A stretch of DNA of 64,000 nucleotides from Camelus dromedarius (lineage: Eukaryota): positions 109,556,001 to 109,620,000 of the forward strand of contig NC_087437.1 of the NCBI RefSeq assembly GCF_036321535.1, given 5' to 3'. The notes under the pieces were generated by a model. It was not told the origin of the DNA. It saw only the letters and a program-made list of their open reading frames with translations, and did no database searches. Shown in pieces: positions 13,901 through 27,533 of this stretch (within the stretch, counting starts at the first letter, position 1; every line of letters starts with the position of its first letter). Both the position numbers and the translations under genes were made by a program.

Positions 13901-16900
13901 TCAAAGAGATTTATTTTTTCCTCTTTATTCCTATTTTTTTTTCTTTTAATGGCTCTGGTCAATATTTGATGACATTTGTAGACTTGTCCTCCAGTGCAGA
14001 CAAATGCGTATCAGCCATTGTGCTATTTAACGTGATACTCTCAGAAGGGTTTTCTGAACAAAATTTTGGCACTGCTTTCAGGTGCTTCATCCACCAGAAG
14101 TAAAGTGGTCTTCTATCCAAGGAGGTATCTTGTTTAGGTTTCTTAATTCCACAGAACGGCCTCAACCTTCCTTCTGATGTTTATGGTCCAGCTTTCACTA
14201 GAAATGCATACTTCATCTCCAACCTCTACCCCTTTAACCTTTTGTTGCTCAACTTCCAATAAAGCTCAGATCCAAGGATCAACAACGATGACAAATTTGA
14301 ACTGGTAGGCAGTCCATCCATTCCCCTAGACATCATAAATTTTAGTGTTGGATCAAACCAAGCTGCTTTGAGATTTCCATACCAGGATGTTTTGCAGAAT
14401 TGTTTTCAGTTACTATTTGGTGTCTTGCCATGGAGTTATATTGAGCACTTCATAAGAAACAAATGAATGGAACACATTACTTATTTCATCATAAGGATGG
14501 TATCTGTGATCACATTATTTCTCTTTATCGAGATCATGGGATACATTTCTTCCATAGTTGTTAATGTAAAACCCTATAATTTATCCAAGCACCTACACTC
14601 TCTGAACTTTGTGCTTTGTTCTGTTTCCCTTCTCACTTCTGCTGCTAGAAAGCTCAGATAAACGTTCTGGTCTACTTTTGGAATCTGCTTAGGGACATCA
14701 CCCCTGTATTAATTTCACCTTTACCTCCATCTTCATTATTGTATTTGTATCAAGTTATAATATACGTAGTTCTGTAAGCCTTTGAAATGATTTTATAAGA
14801 CAAGCTATAAATATAAGAATGAATAAGTGAGTAACCAAATGATAGATAGTATGGAAAAACATAAATTAAAATGTATCCTCTGAAGGGAAAAGAAAAGGTC
14901 AAATGTTACTCTCGGAAGCCAGAAGTCAATTTGAAAGATTACTTCATGTGAAACAAAAGGCAGTCTAGACTCCAGGAATCATACAGCAAATTTATTTTGG
15001 TATTCTCTCCAAGAATTGTTTACTGATTCTGTTTTTTTTATAAGCATCACATTAATTATTCATTCCACCTCACTATCCTACATCTAATATAGAGGTGGGA
15101 AGATGAATCTCAGAGTTCCACACTGTGGCCTGCCTTCCTGATTTTTGATGACATTCTCAAAAACTAAGTGATAGATATTACCCTTACCACTCTTCCCTTG
15201 GATACCCATGTGTTCAACCTAACCAAAGGCTAACACTCACTTGAATTAAATTAAGATAATAAAAAATAATGTTAGTACCTAATGATCATTCTAAATTGCT
15301 TTACCAAAGGCCACTTATTTGTAATTGCTCTTTCCGTTTTTTTTTTTTTTTTTTTCTGAGAGTCTTATCGGATATAAAGACATTTCTGTAACTCAAGGAA
15401 CTGTAAGATAAGTTGACAAAAATGCCTTGGTAACACAAAGTTGAAAAAAAGTCTCAAGATATGTACCATTTAAAACCTTTCTGTTAAGATTTCCATTGAT
15501 ATTTTTCCCAGAAATTTCTTTGGATTTTAATCTTTCAATAATTATCACCACCTGAACTTCATTTCTCACCTCTGTTTCCCAGGTCTGCCCTCTCCTTTGA
15601 GACACATTTCAAAATGTAACTTCTCTATGGAGCATCCAAATTTAAAGAACCCACACCGGGGAGTTCTGTGATCCTTGTATTCTGGAACTTCTATGTATTT
15701 TACTGGTTAATTACAATATCCCCTTCATTCAAATACAGATTTTTAACAAATGTCAAATGAGTCACATGAGAAAAACAAAGTTGCCAGGAAACAACATTGA
15801 GATGCAAGTTAAGAACTGTAGCTTGGCTGTCTAGTATCTACTTGGTTTCCCTTCTGGTGTCTCAGTTTTTTCATCTATCAAATAAGAAAGTTGGATGTTA
15901 AGATCTCCCAAGGCCCTACATTGCTCTTAAGCACTATTATTTTTAATTTATTCATATATTTATTTATATGATTTTTTATTTGCATACATGTCACATGAAA
16001 AATATTTTTTGTATGTTTATATTTATATGCTTTCAGTATCTTGTCCAAAGGGATTTCTGGGTCAGATTTCTCTCTCTTTACCATTTGGCTATATAGAAAT
16101 CCTAGAAGGGTACATGGCATATGTTAAACTGACAATAAATAATTATTTATAATATTTTGGGGTATTTTGTATTAAACAATTACTTTCCCTTAAGATATTT
16201 ATTTTGTAGTTTAATACTGATTACTTTCTCACAAATGATCCACAGATGTAGCAAAAATATTTTCAGCCCTTTCATGTTGACTGGGCCCGAGGTGATGGCA
16301 TGTGAACCTTGTTGTTCAACCTGACCGATAAGAATATTCTCACTGGCCACAGAACAGACATCTCAAAAGTCCTTGTAGCCTGAAAACATTCTGTCCTGGT
16401 TTCTGTGATCCCAGTGTCCTCCTCTCCACCCTTCCTTCTCCTTCCACCACCGCCAGTCACAGACAGCGTGTCTATCTCTATCATCTGTTCCTGGTTATTT
16501 GAAATGCAATAAAGGCTTCATATGTGATTTTTTTTTCCCCCAGGTAGAATAAATAAAGCACAAAAAAATCCAAAATTTAAATTTTAATATATGTAGGTAT
16601 TTATATATGAATATATATTATATAAGTAATATATACAGTTATATGTTTAAAGATACATGCAATAATGTGTATATGTGTATGTAATTCAAATAATATGTAC
16701 TAGTTATATAACTATGATATAATAGAGACCATATGATAATTATATATAGGGTGGGAAATCTTAAAAAAAAAAAAGACTTTCTGTTGCAAAATCCAAAACT
16801 AAAATATAGAATGTTTATATTTTCTGTTGCTTCTGTTGTTGTTGTCTTAATTTTTAAAACCTTGCTAAAAACTAAACATCAGAGTTCACAAAAATGTATG

Positions 16901-19034
16901 CTACTGTAGGAATCCAGCTCTGTTTCCCTGCCTTGGAGTTTGGAAACCTGGAGTTGAGATAGGAGGTCAGTAGACCCCCTGGGATTTGGGGCGGGCCTGT
17001 GCCCACGTACAGTTTGTGGTCTGAGAGTGGACAGCACACACTGTACACTTTGCTGCTCAAAGTTCATGAAGGTAATGAAGGTGGAGGCATCGTATGCTAG
17101 TAAGTTGATGCTGGCTGCTGCTGTGTGATGAGGTGCTGAGTTAAGAGCCCACATGAGGAACCACACAGACAATGTGCTGGGTCTCAAAGGGTGAGTGAAT
17201 CAAGGTGGGTTCTCCAGTCAGGGATGTGGGCAGCAGATGTCATAGAGTTGGTCAACCTCAGTGATTGTCCTGAAGGAAGGACAACAAATGCCTCTCCCTG
17301 AAAGGCAGAGGTCTTTGATCTCTGTAGGGAGAAGGAAGAAGACAGATCCCTACACATTTACATTTTAAATGGAAGGCGAGGACCTTGATGTGGTCCTGGC
17401 AGAAATAGGGGTTTGTGTGACTCATTAAGTTTAATTTCAGGGAAATGAATAAAGTTCCATTTCCACACACAGGATGCTATTTCTATAAATGCTCAGTATA
17501 ATGGTGTTGCACATCTTCGCACAGTTTCTCAGTTCAAACCAATCACGATTAAGCAGATCCAACTCTCTAGAGGGATTGCAGACCAGGAAGGCATTAGCTG
17601 TGGCATCCAGGCACCTGTTCACCACCAGCTCCCTCAGAAAGACAAGGGAATGGATTTATTTACTAAAAGGTCATACGACATGGCCAAACTAAGAATCACC
17701 AGAGCTGGTAGTATGCTCATTTCGTGCACTTTTCAGTCTGCCAAACTGCATACAAATGACTGCTAGTGTAACCTAGAAAGTACAGAATGGTAACTTTAAC
17801 CAATCATTTTTAAATTGGGGAGAGAACAGTGGTAGGAATAAAAATGAAAGGAAAAAATCACCTGCAATTCCACCATCTCAACAAAACAAATGGGCTTCCT
17901 CTTTCCACACTCATGTTTTTAGTTCTTATCTATGAGCAAGGATGAATTGTCTACATTCCAAATCCAAGGTACGCAAAATCACGCACCACTCCTAGGCATT
18001 TTCCATTTTACTATGTACATTTCATCATAAGGCTATATTTAATAGATCCTTCTCTCTTGAGGCTACAGTATTCTTTTCTTAACCATTCCTTCCTGTTAAA
18101 CATTTAGATGATTCACAATCATTTATGAGGGTTCTTGCCAATTCAGCAAGCATGTATAGAAACAGCCCTAGAGTTCAAATATATCCTGAGAACAAAAGAA
18201 ACACTGCCCAGAATTCAAAAGGCAAATAAATATTGCCTTTTGACTTGAAAGATAGCTCTATCTAACTAATCCATTTTTAGGAGATGAAACACAATAACAT
18301 CTTACACAATATAAACATAGACAAGTCACCAGAATACAACTTTTGTTTGCGGATTGCCAAAATATTCAATCCAACATTGCAGAAGCTTAAATTAAAAAAG
18401 AAAAGAAAAGAAAACCCTTAAAAGTTGTAACTGAGTCCTCACAATGAAAAAAAAAAAAAACACTTGACTTACATCATGCTTTTCCCAATTTGAATTATAA
18501 CGTACTCTATTGGCTCTGGGAATTAAGTATTGATTTTTTTAAAGGCATATTTAGACAATTTTGCTAAGAAAAGGAATCGTGCAAATAATTTGCTATGAGT
18601 ATTCATTCAAAGACATCAGCACTTAATGTCTCTGGCAGAGGATGTTACAAGGCTTGAATCACTATTCAAAGTTGAATTATGTTTAATTAAGCACAAAAGG
18701 CATGTAATAGTTGAGAACCTAGATGCTAATGGATAGAAACAGCTCATGTCTGCTTTTGTACAACCTCACTGCAGGATTCTAAAGAAGACATACAACTATC
18801 ACATTTATTAACAGCAATTTTTATATAAGGTTTACTTCTTTAATGATTTTTTCCAACATTATATGCTGTTGTCTTTATTTTAATGATACTCTAGAAAACT
18901 ATGTAGCATATTATATGGAATTGACTGTAGTTTTTTCTGTTTTCCTTGACACAATTAGTTATAAACTTGTATGTACTACAGCGTAGGTAGGAACAGTAAC
19001 AGCAGAAGAGATCTTGATATGGGTTGAGGGGTTT

Positions 19035-20010
19035 TGTTTTTTTAAAGATAGACATTATTTGTTCATTTTTTAGAACAGTTTTAGATTTACACCCAAGTTG
19101 AGAAGGTAGTACAGGGAGTTCTTGTATACTCCACATCCAGTTTTCCCTGTTATTAATATCTTTAAATGAGTATACACATTTGTTAAAATTAATAAAACTA
19201 TTGACGCACAATTAAGTAGTGTCCATATTTATTCGCATGTCCTTAGTTTTTACCTAATGTCCTTTTTTCCTTCCAGGATCCCACTCAGAACATCACATTC
19301 TGCTTATTTGTCATGTCTCCATAGGTCACTCTTGGCCGTGATGGTTTCTCAGACTTCGTTTTTCACGACATTGAGAGTGTTGGCAAGTATTGGCCACGTA
19401 TTTTGAAGAATGCCTCCCTATTGCTATTGGTCTGATGTTTTTCTCACGATTAGAGTGGGAATCTGGATTTGGGGTGGGGGGTTGGAACCAGAAAGGCAAA
19501 GTGCCATTTGCATCCCATCATGTCAAAGGCAACTACTGTCAACATGATCTGCCCCTGGGGATGCTGGTCTTGATCACTTGGCTTTTCTGTTTGGGAGATA
19601 TGTGTCTCTTTCCCCATTTACTTAGTTAATCATTTATTTATATCAGCATGAACACATCAGTATTTATTTTCTATTTTGGCTTATAATTCAGGTACTACTT
19701 TTAAATATTTTATTGCTCAAATTATTCCAGCTTTGGCCATTGGGAGCCCAGTACTTGGTGCCTGTGTGCCTTTAACATATTCCAGTCAGGGGCATTTTTT
19801 TTGACCATTTATTTTTCTGGCACTACAAAATGTCCCAGGATCATGGAAATTTCTTTTTCAGTCCCCATACTGTCCATTTATCCAAGAATGCCTGGATGTC
19901 AGTTGTGTTCATTGCTCTTGGGGTGTCATTGTTTCTATAGGCCCTCTTAGCTGACAGAGCTAGGAAACATTCGTATGTGTATACTAACCCACTTATGGGT
20001 TATGTTTTAA
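19035..20010 (-). mobile_element. Old L1 3' end (L1MC4-like)
   Basis: TTTTAGAACAGTTTTAGATTTACA...GTAGTACAGGGAGTTC and TTTTATTGCTCAAATTATTCCAGCTTTGGCCATTGGGAGC are typical antisense L1MC 3' UTR segments. Confidence 0.75.
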
Positions 20011-20308
20011 TCAATCAACTACAATACACATTTTACCTTAGTGTAGTCAATAACCTTGGACTTGCTCTGTGTAATAAATAACGGGATTTTAATACATTCC
20101 TTTTTGCATTTTTAAAGAAAAACAGTAAGTTGTAATGAACTTCCAGCCTTTAAACTGGTAACTGATGACAAGGGTAACAATTAATCATTTGATTTCTATT
20201 AAATAAAATCAAACATACAATTCTAGTATAAAAATATGCGTTGGCAAGCTCCTTGTTGGTAAGTTCCTTTTGAGACACTATTCAGTTGAAATTTTAGTAT
20301 TGATAGAC

Positions 20309-20407
20309 TTTTTTTGTTTGTATGTGGTAGGGGGGTAATTAGGTTTATTTATTTAATTGGAAGTACTGGGGATTGAACTCAGGACCTCATACATGCTATA
20401 CCTTCCA
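20309..20407 (-). mobile_element. Camelid SINE (Vic-1-like) with an internal deletion
   Basis: GGGGGTAATTAGGTTTATTT...GTACTGGGGATTGAACTCAGGACCTC...CATGCTATACCTTCC. The A-box segment between two GCTA motifs is missing. Flanked by TGATAGA direct repeats. Confidence 0.85.
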
Positions 20408-21996
20408 TGATAGATTCTTACATGTAGTTTTATTTTCTGTTGTGCTTTCCCTAGTCAGGACAACAGTAAACTAGTAACTCATCAAAAGATATAGGATGGG
20501 CTAGTCTTTCAAATGCATTTAGTCAATTAATGCACTGAATAATATATCAAAAGAATTTAAAGAGTTAAAAGAAAATGTTTTTACTGTTGTATGGTAATTC
20601 TGTGAGATTGATTTGTGGTCAATAGGAGTTTATTCTTAATTTAGTCAATGTCAGTGTTTATTAAGTCCACTTTGTAATTAATCTTACCTTGTATTTAATA
20701 AATACATTAACACAGCATTATACAAAATTATGTTTAAAAAAACCCTAAATTTTGAATAAGAACAAAAAGAGTAAAATATTGCCAACTGATGTCGGAAAGT
20801 TATTCTAAATATTTTTAATTTTTCAGTAATTTATAATGGCATAAATAAAAAATAAAATATTTTTACCTCTTTACTTTTTTCCCCTCCAAAACCATTTTTC
20901 CAACTGACTTAAAATTACTAATATCAGCATTCTGATGTAATAAGAGTTTACGTTTTTTCAATTTAACATGACAAATTGATCTCAGTAGAAAATCAGGATG
21001 AGAAATTTATGAAGTTCATTTAGCTAGTATACATTCCTTTTAATTTAAATGTTTCCATTTCTCTATGAAAATTTAACATTGAAAAAATTAGATACACATT
21101 TTTTAAAAAAGTACTTTGAACTTTAAATATAGATAGACCTTTAACTTGCTACCAGTTCTGTTGCTGGAAAATATATTCTAAATCTGATATAATTTTTTCT
21201 CCATTCAAAACAATGTTAGAAAGTAAGTTTAGTGAAAACAAAAATAGGAAAATGGCCTATGTCACATTTTAAGCTAACAAAAATAGTGTTCCTTCAGAAT
21301 AGATAATGTGGTTTTAAAGATATTTTCTCTATCATAAAGAACAACAGGTATCTAAACATTTAAAATCTACTCTTAAGGCCCTATGAAAAAGTTCCCAAGC
21401 AGAGAGTGGCAGAATTTGGATTACACTTAAGAAGCAGTACAATGCACGGCCATGTGAGTTTTGACATATATATTGACATTTCAATGGTTTTATTGTCCAG
21501 GGTTTCCTCAGATATGTTCTGGGCAGCATGAGTTCAGTGGGACATTAGTAGTTGTGATTCAAGTGAGAGTCCTCTGACAATTAAAATGTGAGAGATACTG
21601 GATTAAACAACAACGAAACAGGCTTCTTTGCAAAGAATTACAAAGAGCATTCAATATACAAGACTCCCTCATGAATCTCTAAGGGGGAGCATTTCTCCAC
21701 ACTCACTTGACCAGACAAATTGTTCTAGGTACAAAACTCCTACCCTGTTTATTATTAGAAAGCAAGAACAGGAGGTGCCTTCATTAACCCTGACCTATGC
21801 CATGCATTCTACATATGACGTCACATTTCTTCTTTGCAATAAACCCATGAGTTTGTCTTTACTATTTCTCCTATAACTAACAACATACACACACACACAC
21901 ATACATAATTATTAATCTTCCCCTGGTCAGTCAATTAGAAAAAGGCAGTTAGAGATGAGAATCCCCTTCTGCCTGGAGTTTTCCATCATTCTATCT

Positions 21997-22163
21997 TTAA
22001 AAATTTTTTTTTAAAAAATTTTTAAGTGTCAGTTTCTTTTTATTTATTTATTACTAGGGTGGGGGGGTTGAGCTTATTTATTTACTTATTTAAGGTACTG
22101 GAGATAAACCCAGGACCTTGTACATGCTAAGCATGTGCTCTACTACCGAGCTATACCCTCCCC
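21997..22163 (-). mobile_element. Camelid SINE (Vic-1-like)
   Basis: CCCAGGACCTTGTACATGCTAAGCATGTGCTCTACTACCGAGCTATACCCTCCCC. TSD CCATCATTCTATCT (21983-21996) / CCATCATTCTTTCT (22164-22177). Confidence 0.88.
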
Positions 22164-25038
22164 CCATCATTCTTTCTCTGAGATGAAATAATTTCTAGAA
22201 AATTTTAAGACATAGATAATATTTTATATATTATATGGATAATTGTCTGTGAAACAACAAAAGAGGGTTGAGAGGCTATGGGAACTCACCACCACTACTA
22301 TCTCCATCAATCTTCCTTCAAACCATTCCAATTAAGTGTGCAAGCCAATTAAAAACAGTGTGTTGGCTAGGTGGTAGGTAACAAGGGCGATACTCCAACT
22401 AGATTATCTTCCTTAGCCCCTTCTTAAAGAGGGGTTCTGGAGCGTCCAATGATAATGCCAACTTTTCTCTTTGCTAATCATCTAAAATATACTCAAATAT
22501 AAATCACATTAATTTACGTCATTACCCCAGAATAATGAAGAGTAACAGTTCATTTCTCTTATATCTGTTTTCATCTTAAACAGTTATGTAACTACATACA
22601 CAAGTGCACACACAATACGGCATAATTTAATGCAAGGAGCTTGAAACTTGAGATCAGAATAGATAGCTCCGCGCTCCAGCACTTCCACTAACTAGCACTT
22701 GAACTTAGGCAAAGCCACCAAGTCATGGTCTTCTCAATGAAAACTGGAGATTAGAAACCATGTAAGAAAATTAGCTACAGGTGAGGTCTATATAGTATAA
22801 ATATGATGCCTATAAAATCAATATTAAAGGAAAAGGTGAATTATGCAGATAAATATAAGGCAGAAGATCTGCTCATCTGCAGAAATATGCTCACATTAGC
22901 CAGAGATTCCCTTTTCATCATCCATCAGAGAGCTTCTCCCCCAGGTTTTTCTCCTAGGGTCCAGTGGAGTTCTCAAGTTACTGTTGGGGCCGGCATGCTC
23001 TCTCAGGGTGAAATCTATCTCAGGCCAAACAGATCTTCCTGAACCGAGGCAGAGGTTTCTGCTCCAGGTTTGGCAGCCTGAATCCATTCTGCCTGTCCTC
23101 TGTGCATTTGAGGGCTTGAACCTATTCTGCACTGGCTATGTCATTGCTATAATAAAAATTGACAGCAGAAGATGAATGGAAAACTCTCTAAGAATAATAT
23201 TTGGAATTAAAACATAGAAAGTGTGCACTGAAAACCTGCTGAAAAATGTCAGTGGTAACACAGACTGTAAACTACCAGAATACAAGCATCAAGGAGGCAG
23301 CTACATTTGCCCATTTCGCTCACTGTTGCGTGTCATGAATCTAGAAGTGTCTGGCTCATGGCAGGGAATGAGGCACTTAATACATACTTGTCTGTTGAGT
23401 GAATAATGAATATTGAAATGATGAAATAATTCAGTGATTAAAGAATAAAATTGTGAGTTTTGTACACTGAAAAAAATGAACACTTATGTAATAAACATTA
23501 CTTGGAACTTTGGGGGTCCTTAGGGTTAAATATTTAAAAAATGATGCTATAGCCTACTTGATGATGGATCTCTCTTAAGGAACTAAAATATTTGGACAAT
23601 TATATTGCCATTTAAATTTCCATGCTATTCATAAAATTTTTTTACAATATTTTTCTTTATATGCTATATTCAATTACATAATAGTAATATATTATATTTA
23701 TTTAGTGGTTCATTGCAAATAATAAAAATGAGATTATTTGATCCTCCCTTGTGAAATAGGAAAGGCAGATGTCATTACTGCTAATTCACAGATGGAGAGA
23801 TTTGGGCTCAGAAATATTTAATGCCTTATGAAAATATACCACATTAACTTTTCAGTCCCTATTCAGGAAGAAAACATCAATAATAATAATTTGAAAAATA
23901 AAAACAAAACAACAAAACAATTATAATGTAACTTAAATCCCTTTAAGCAGTCTATGGATTCTTACCAAAGACATTATGAGGTTGCAACTGTTTCACCTGG
24001 ATTTTTCAGATGCAAAACAAAAGCCTGGTGAGACTGAATACATTGAGACACATATCTAGGAAATCTCAGAGGTGGAACCCAAACCTGTGCTTTCTAACAA
24101 ATCATATGGCAGAAAGCCTGGCTACCTATCACTTAACACTTAATCCTATGCTTTAACCACTACATCTGTGATTGCGTATGTAGATGATGATGCATAACAT
24201 ATGTAAATTTATCTTTCTGTTACTATTATTATTAGAAATGAGATACATCTGTCCCAGAAATTGCACATGGAATTGTTTTTTTCATTTTCCACTAATGGTG
24301 GTATGTTACTGTCTACTCAGGTCACCTAGATCCAGTTCTCACTATTGGTTATAGGTTGGCTGGTCATGTGAGAGAGATGTCTGTGACTGAAGTGTGTGTG
24401 TATGTGTCTGTGTGATTAATTGGTTGTTGACATACACTGGGGTATAAGCCAGAAAGACAGGAATGATCCCAGCATCCCCTAGAGAATTCCCAGCAGCCGC
24501 CATATCTGTCTTCCATGCAGGCTGCTGGGAAATCTCTGGAATGTAGTAATAATGCTCAGGACACCACCATTCTGGAGGACCCCCTTCATGACTACAAGCT
24601 GTGATGTAAGGTTGTAAACTTTTCAACAGACACCCATAACGTGTGAGAACCATGCATAACTACACACTCAATAACCTTTCTAATACTTAATGTGCATAAA
24701 TTTTACCTTAAATTTTATACTTTTCATTTCTTTTTTCCCCCCAATGGCTGAAATTGAAACAGACACCCTTGCAATAAAAGTAGATCAGTAATTAATTCAT
24801 TCAAGCATTCAAGTGCCTTCTCTATGTAAGTACAGTGCAAAGTGCTGGACATTTATGATGTACTTTACTTTGAGGTATTTTAAGTTACTGTAATACTTAT
24901 AGTATTAATGCAAGTTAATAATCAAGAGCCCCATTTTGTTGGTTGGTTGGTTGGTTGGATGGTTAGTGGTTTGTTGGAAAGAGAAAGGAGGGTGAAATGA
25001 AAAATAATGCATTTCAATTCTTCTCTTTTCTTCCTACA

Positions 25039-25070
<32 letters not shown>

Positions 25071-25176
25071 GCAGACACTTGCTCAGTCCCCCAACCCTTT
25101 GATATTTTGTATTCAATGCTGAACTTGACTGACATAAGAAACTCAGTGTAGAGAGGCAGGTTTCCTCTGAGCTAAA

Positions 25177-25197
25177 GCTGGTTTCCATGGTGCTGAA
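25177..25197 (-). promoter_or_regulatory. Candidate RE1/NRSE (REST-binding) element in intron 1
   Basis: Minus strand TTCAGCACCATGGAAACCAGC vs consensus TTCAGCACCACGGACAGCGCC: 16/21 identical, perfect left half-site, canonical spacing, degenerate right half. Confidence 0.4.
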
Positions 25198-27415
25198 ACG
25201 TCCATTTAAAAGTAAGCATGGTCCTTAGGTACATGCAGGGTGGTGTTCATGCCAAGCACAGGTCACTCAGAGCCAGGAGGAGTAAGACATTTGTACTGCA
25301 TAGAAACAGCACCAGGCCATGCAATTTTACTTTATGCATTTTGGCTCCCATTTAGAAAGAGGAAATCTCATTATCCTGTGGCATATATTTTAAGGTCAGT
25401 GAATCAATTTTGGGTTGTTTTCACTTTGAAAACTACTTTTAAGTGGATGAATGTGATCGCTTGGAGCTTGGATAAATACTCAGATCTGTGCATAGATGTC
25501 TTAAAACACCCTTTTCCACCCCCTTCTGGAATTCCTTTACGTTTGAGTGATGTAGGGGAAAGAAAATGTTATCTTAAGTTTGTTGTAGAGGAAGCAGGGC
25601 TGTTGACTGGCATACCTTGTTCCAGTTTGTCCAGATATGTCTCTTAAAATATATAGAAATAACCAAAATGCCAATAAAGTTAATGAGCATTAAAATTGTA
25701 ACATACACATTGTTTACTTTATGTTTTTCAAAGGAATTTTGTTACCAGAGTGTGTAAAGCTGACTGCATCCCCCCCCCCAAAAAAAGTGAGGGGATATTA
25801 TTAAGTCATGGTGTTATTTTTTGTAAAAGGAAGACTCTGGTACTTTTTAAACGAACAGTCTAAATTATCCAATAAAGTGCACATTATCATTATCCTTAGT
25901 CTAGAAAAAGACTTCTGCAGTAAAAGTTAGTATTCTAGATCATTTCTTTCATTGAAAATCACATCCCATATACCTAGGGGAAATGCATTTCAAAGTAGTC
26001 AACCTCTATTTTTTTTTCTTTTAAATGAGCATGTTCAGTGACAAGACCTAGGTTCTGAATCTTTGAAAAGAAGTTTGCTAATTGCAAGTCAGGACTAGTA
26101 AAGTTATTGAGAATTTTTAGCCACTCAGGGGTGACATTCAAGAGTGCCCCACACTGTTCTTTGCACATTTTGTCAGTTTCTAGAAAGGGTATGAGTTAGA
26201 CGCCCTCAGAGCTCAGGACTTCACTCTAGCTTCCTACAGGGAGAAACTGGAGAAGCTGGGAGCCCAGTCTGGTGTCATGATTTCACCTGTGGCTCTTCTC
26301 TTTCACTGGGTCTTTAAGAAGCACAATTGGGGAAAAGGGATAAACTGAGATTAAGGGAATAGAAATTGGGTTTAGTTTGCAAGGGAGAACAATAAGGAAG
26401 GCAAAGAGGTATTTTTCAACCCAGAAAGCAGCCCAGGAATCGCTCAGTGCTCCACAGACCAAACTTTGGTGATGAGTGCCGGACGTTTAGGTACCTGAAT
26501 CCAAACACTAACAAAGTTCCCTCCTTCCCCCTTTTATTTTGCTTGCCTTTTGCTCCCTTTAGACATCCCCAGGATTCCTATATTCAGTCTTCTAGTATCT
26601 TTTTATACCCCTCCCCACCACCCGGGACGGAAATTCAGTCTTCCAGGGAGTTACCTTGACTGGGGACTGGATCAAGCTCAGTGGCAGGCAGGTGGGGCAG
26701 ATTGGGGGACAAGGGAGAAACTTAGGTGCCTGCTTACGGCGCTGCCTTGACCGTCCTCCCTACTCCTTGAACCTTCAGCCAGAAGTCATATCCGGACTCT
26801 GCCCCTCTCTAGAGGAATCCTCCAGACTTTGGTGACTCCTCGGGGAAGAACCCAACTTAAGGATGAAAACTTGGAGGATCGGGGCTAGCAGGCTCTGGGG
26901 AGTCCCCGCGTCCCTAGTGGTCCCCACATTCTCCTCCTGAGATCTGGGCATGCCCGCAAGTACCCAAAGCACCGATTGCCAGGGACCCCAGCTGCAGACC
27001 TAGACTGCACGACGCCCACCGAGGCGCCGGGGAGAGCGCATCTCCGCGCCCAAATCGACTGGCCGCAGCCACGCGCAACCCCACGCCAGAGCAAGGTGCC
27101 AGTCCGAGCGAGCCTGGGCCCCTTGCTCTCTTGCCCGCGTTCCTGGTGCCCAGATTAAAACAAAAAACAAAACCAAAAACAAACCGCCAACCGTACCCCG
27201 CGGGGAAGCCCCGGACTCGCCAGGAGGGAAGCAGTGACGCGGCTGCTGCTCCTTTCCCGGAGCCCCCGGAGCGCGCTGACCTCCACTACCCCCAGCCCCT
27301 GCCCCCGCGCCAGCGCGCGCTACCTCACCCGGGACCCGCTGCGCCCGCCCTGGCCGCGGGGAGCGACCACATCTCCCGAGCAGGCAGCCTGGAGCGCTCC
27401 CCGCGGTTCACTCAC

Positions 27416-27533
27416 CGATCCTGAGCACTTGCGGGGCGGTCTCGGGGAGGATGTAGCAGAGGAAATAGAGGAGTGCCCAGCTGGTGTCCCTGGTCCAGAG
27501 CCTGGGCTGGGCGAGGAGTGTGCGGCGCTCCAT
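27416..27533 (-). CDS. GRIK1: GRIK1 first coding exon (glutamate ionotropic receptor kainate type subunit 1; signal peptide and start of the amino-terminal domain)
   Basis: The minus strand from the ATG at 27533 reads MERRTLLAQPRLWTRDTSWALLYFLCYILPETAPQVLRI+G (118 nt, phase 1). I recognise this as the GluK1 N-terminus (human, from memory: MEHGTLLAQPGLWTRDTSWALLYFLCYILPQTAPQVLRIGG). Kozak context is strong (aaaATGG), the exon ends at a canonical donor G|GTGAGT, and it sits in a CpG island. It is too short for the ORF track. Confidence 0.96.

Larger units (their letters stand above)
1..27415 (-). other. GRIK1: GRIK1 intron 1 (5' part; runs off the left end of the window)
   Basis: Begins with GTGAGT at 27415-27410 on the minus strand. 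I saw no sequence encoding the expected exon 2 continuation (GIFETVENEP...) in 1-27415, consistent with a very large first intron. Confidence 0.88.
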
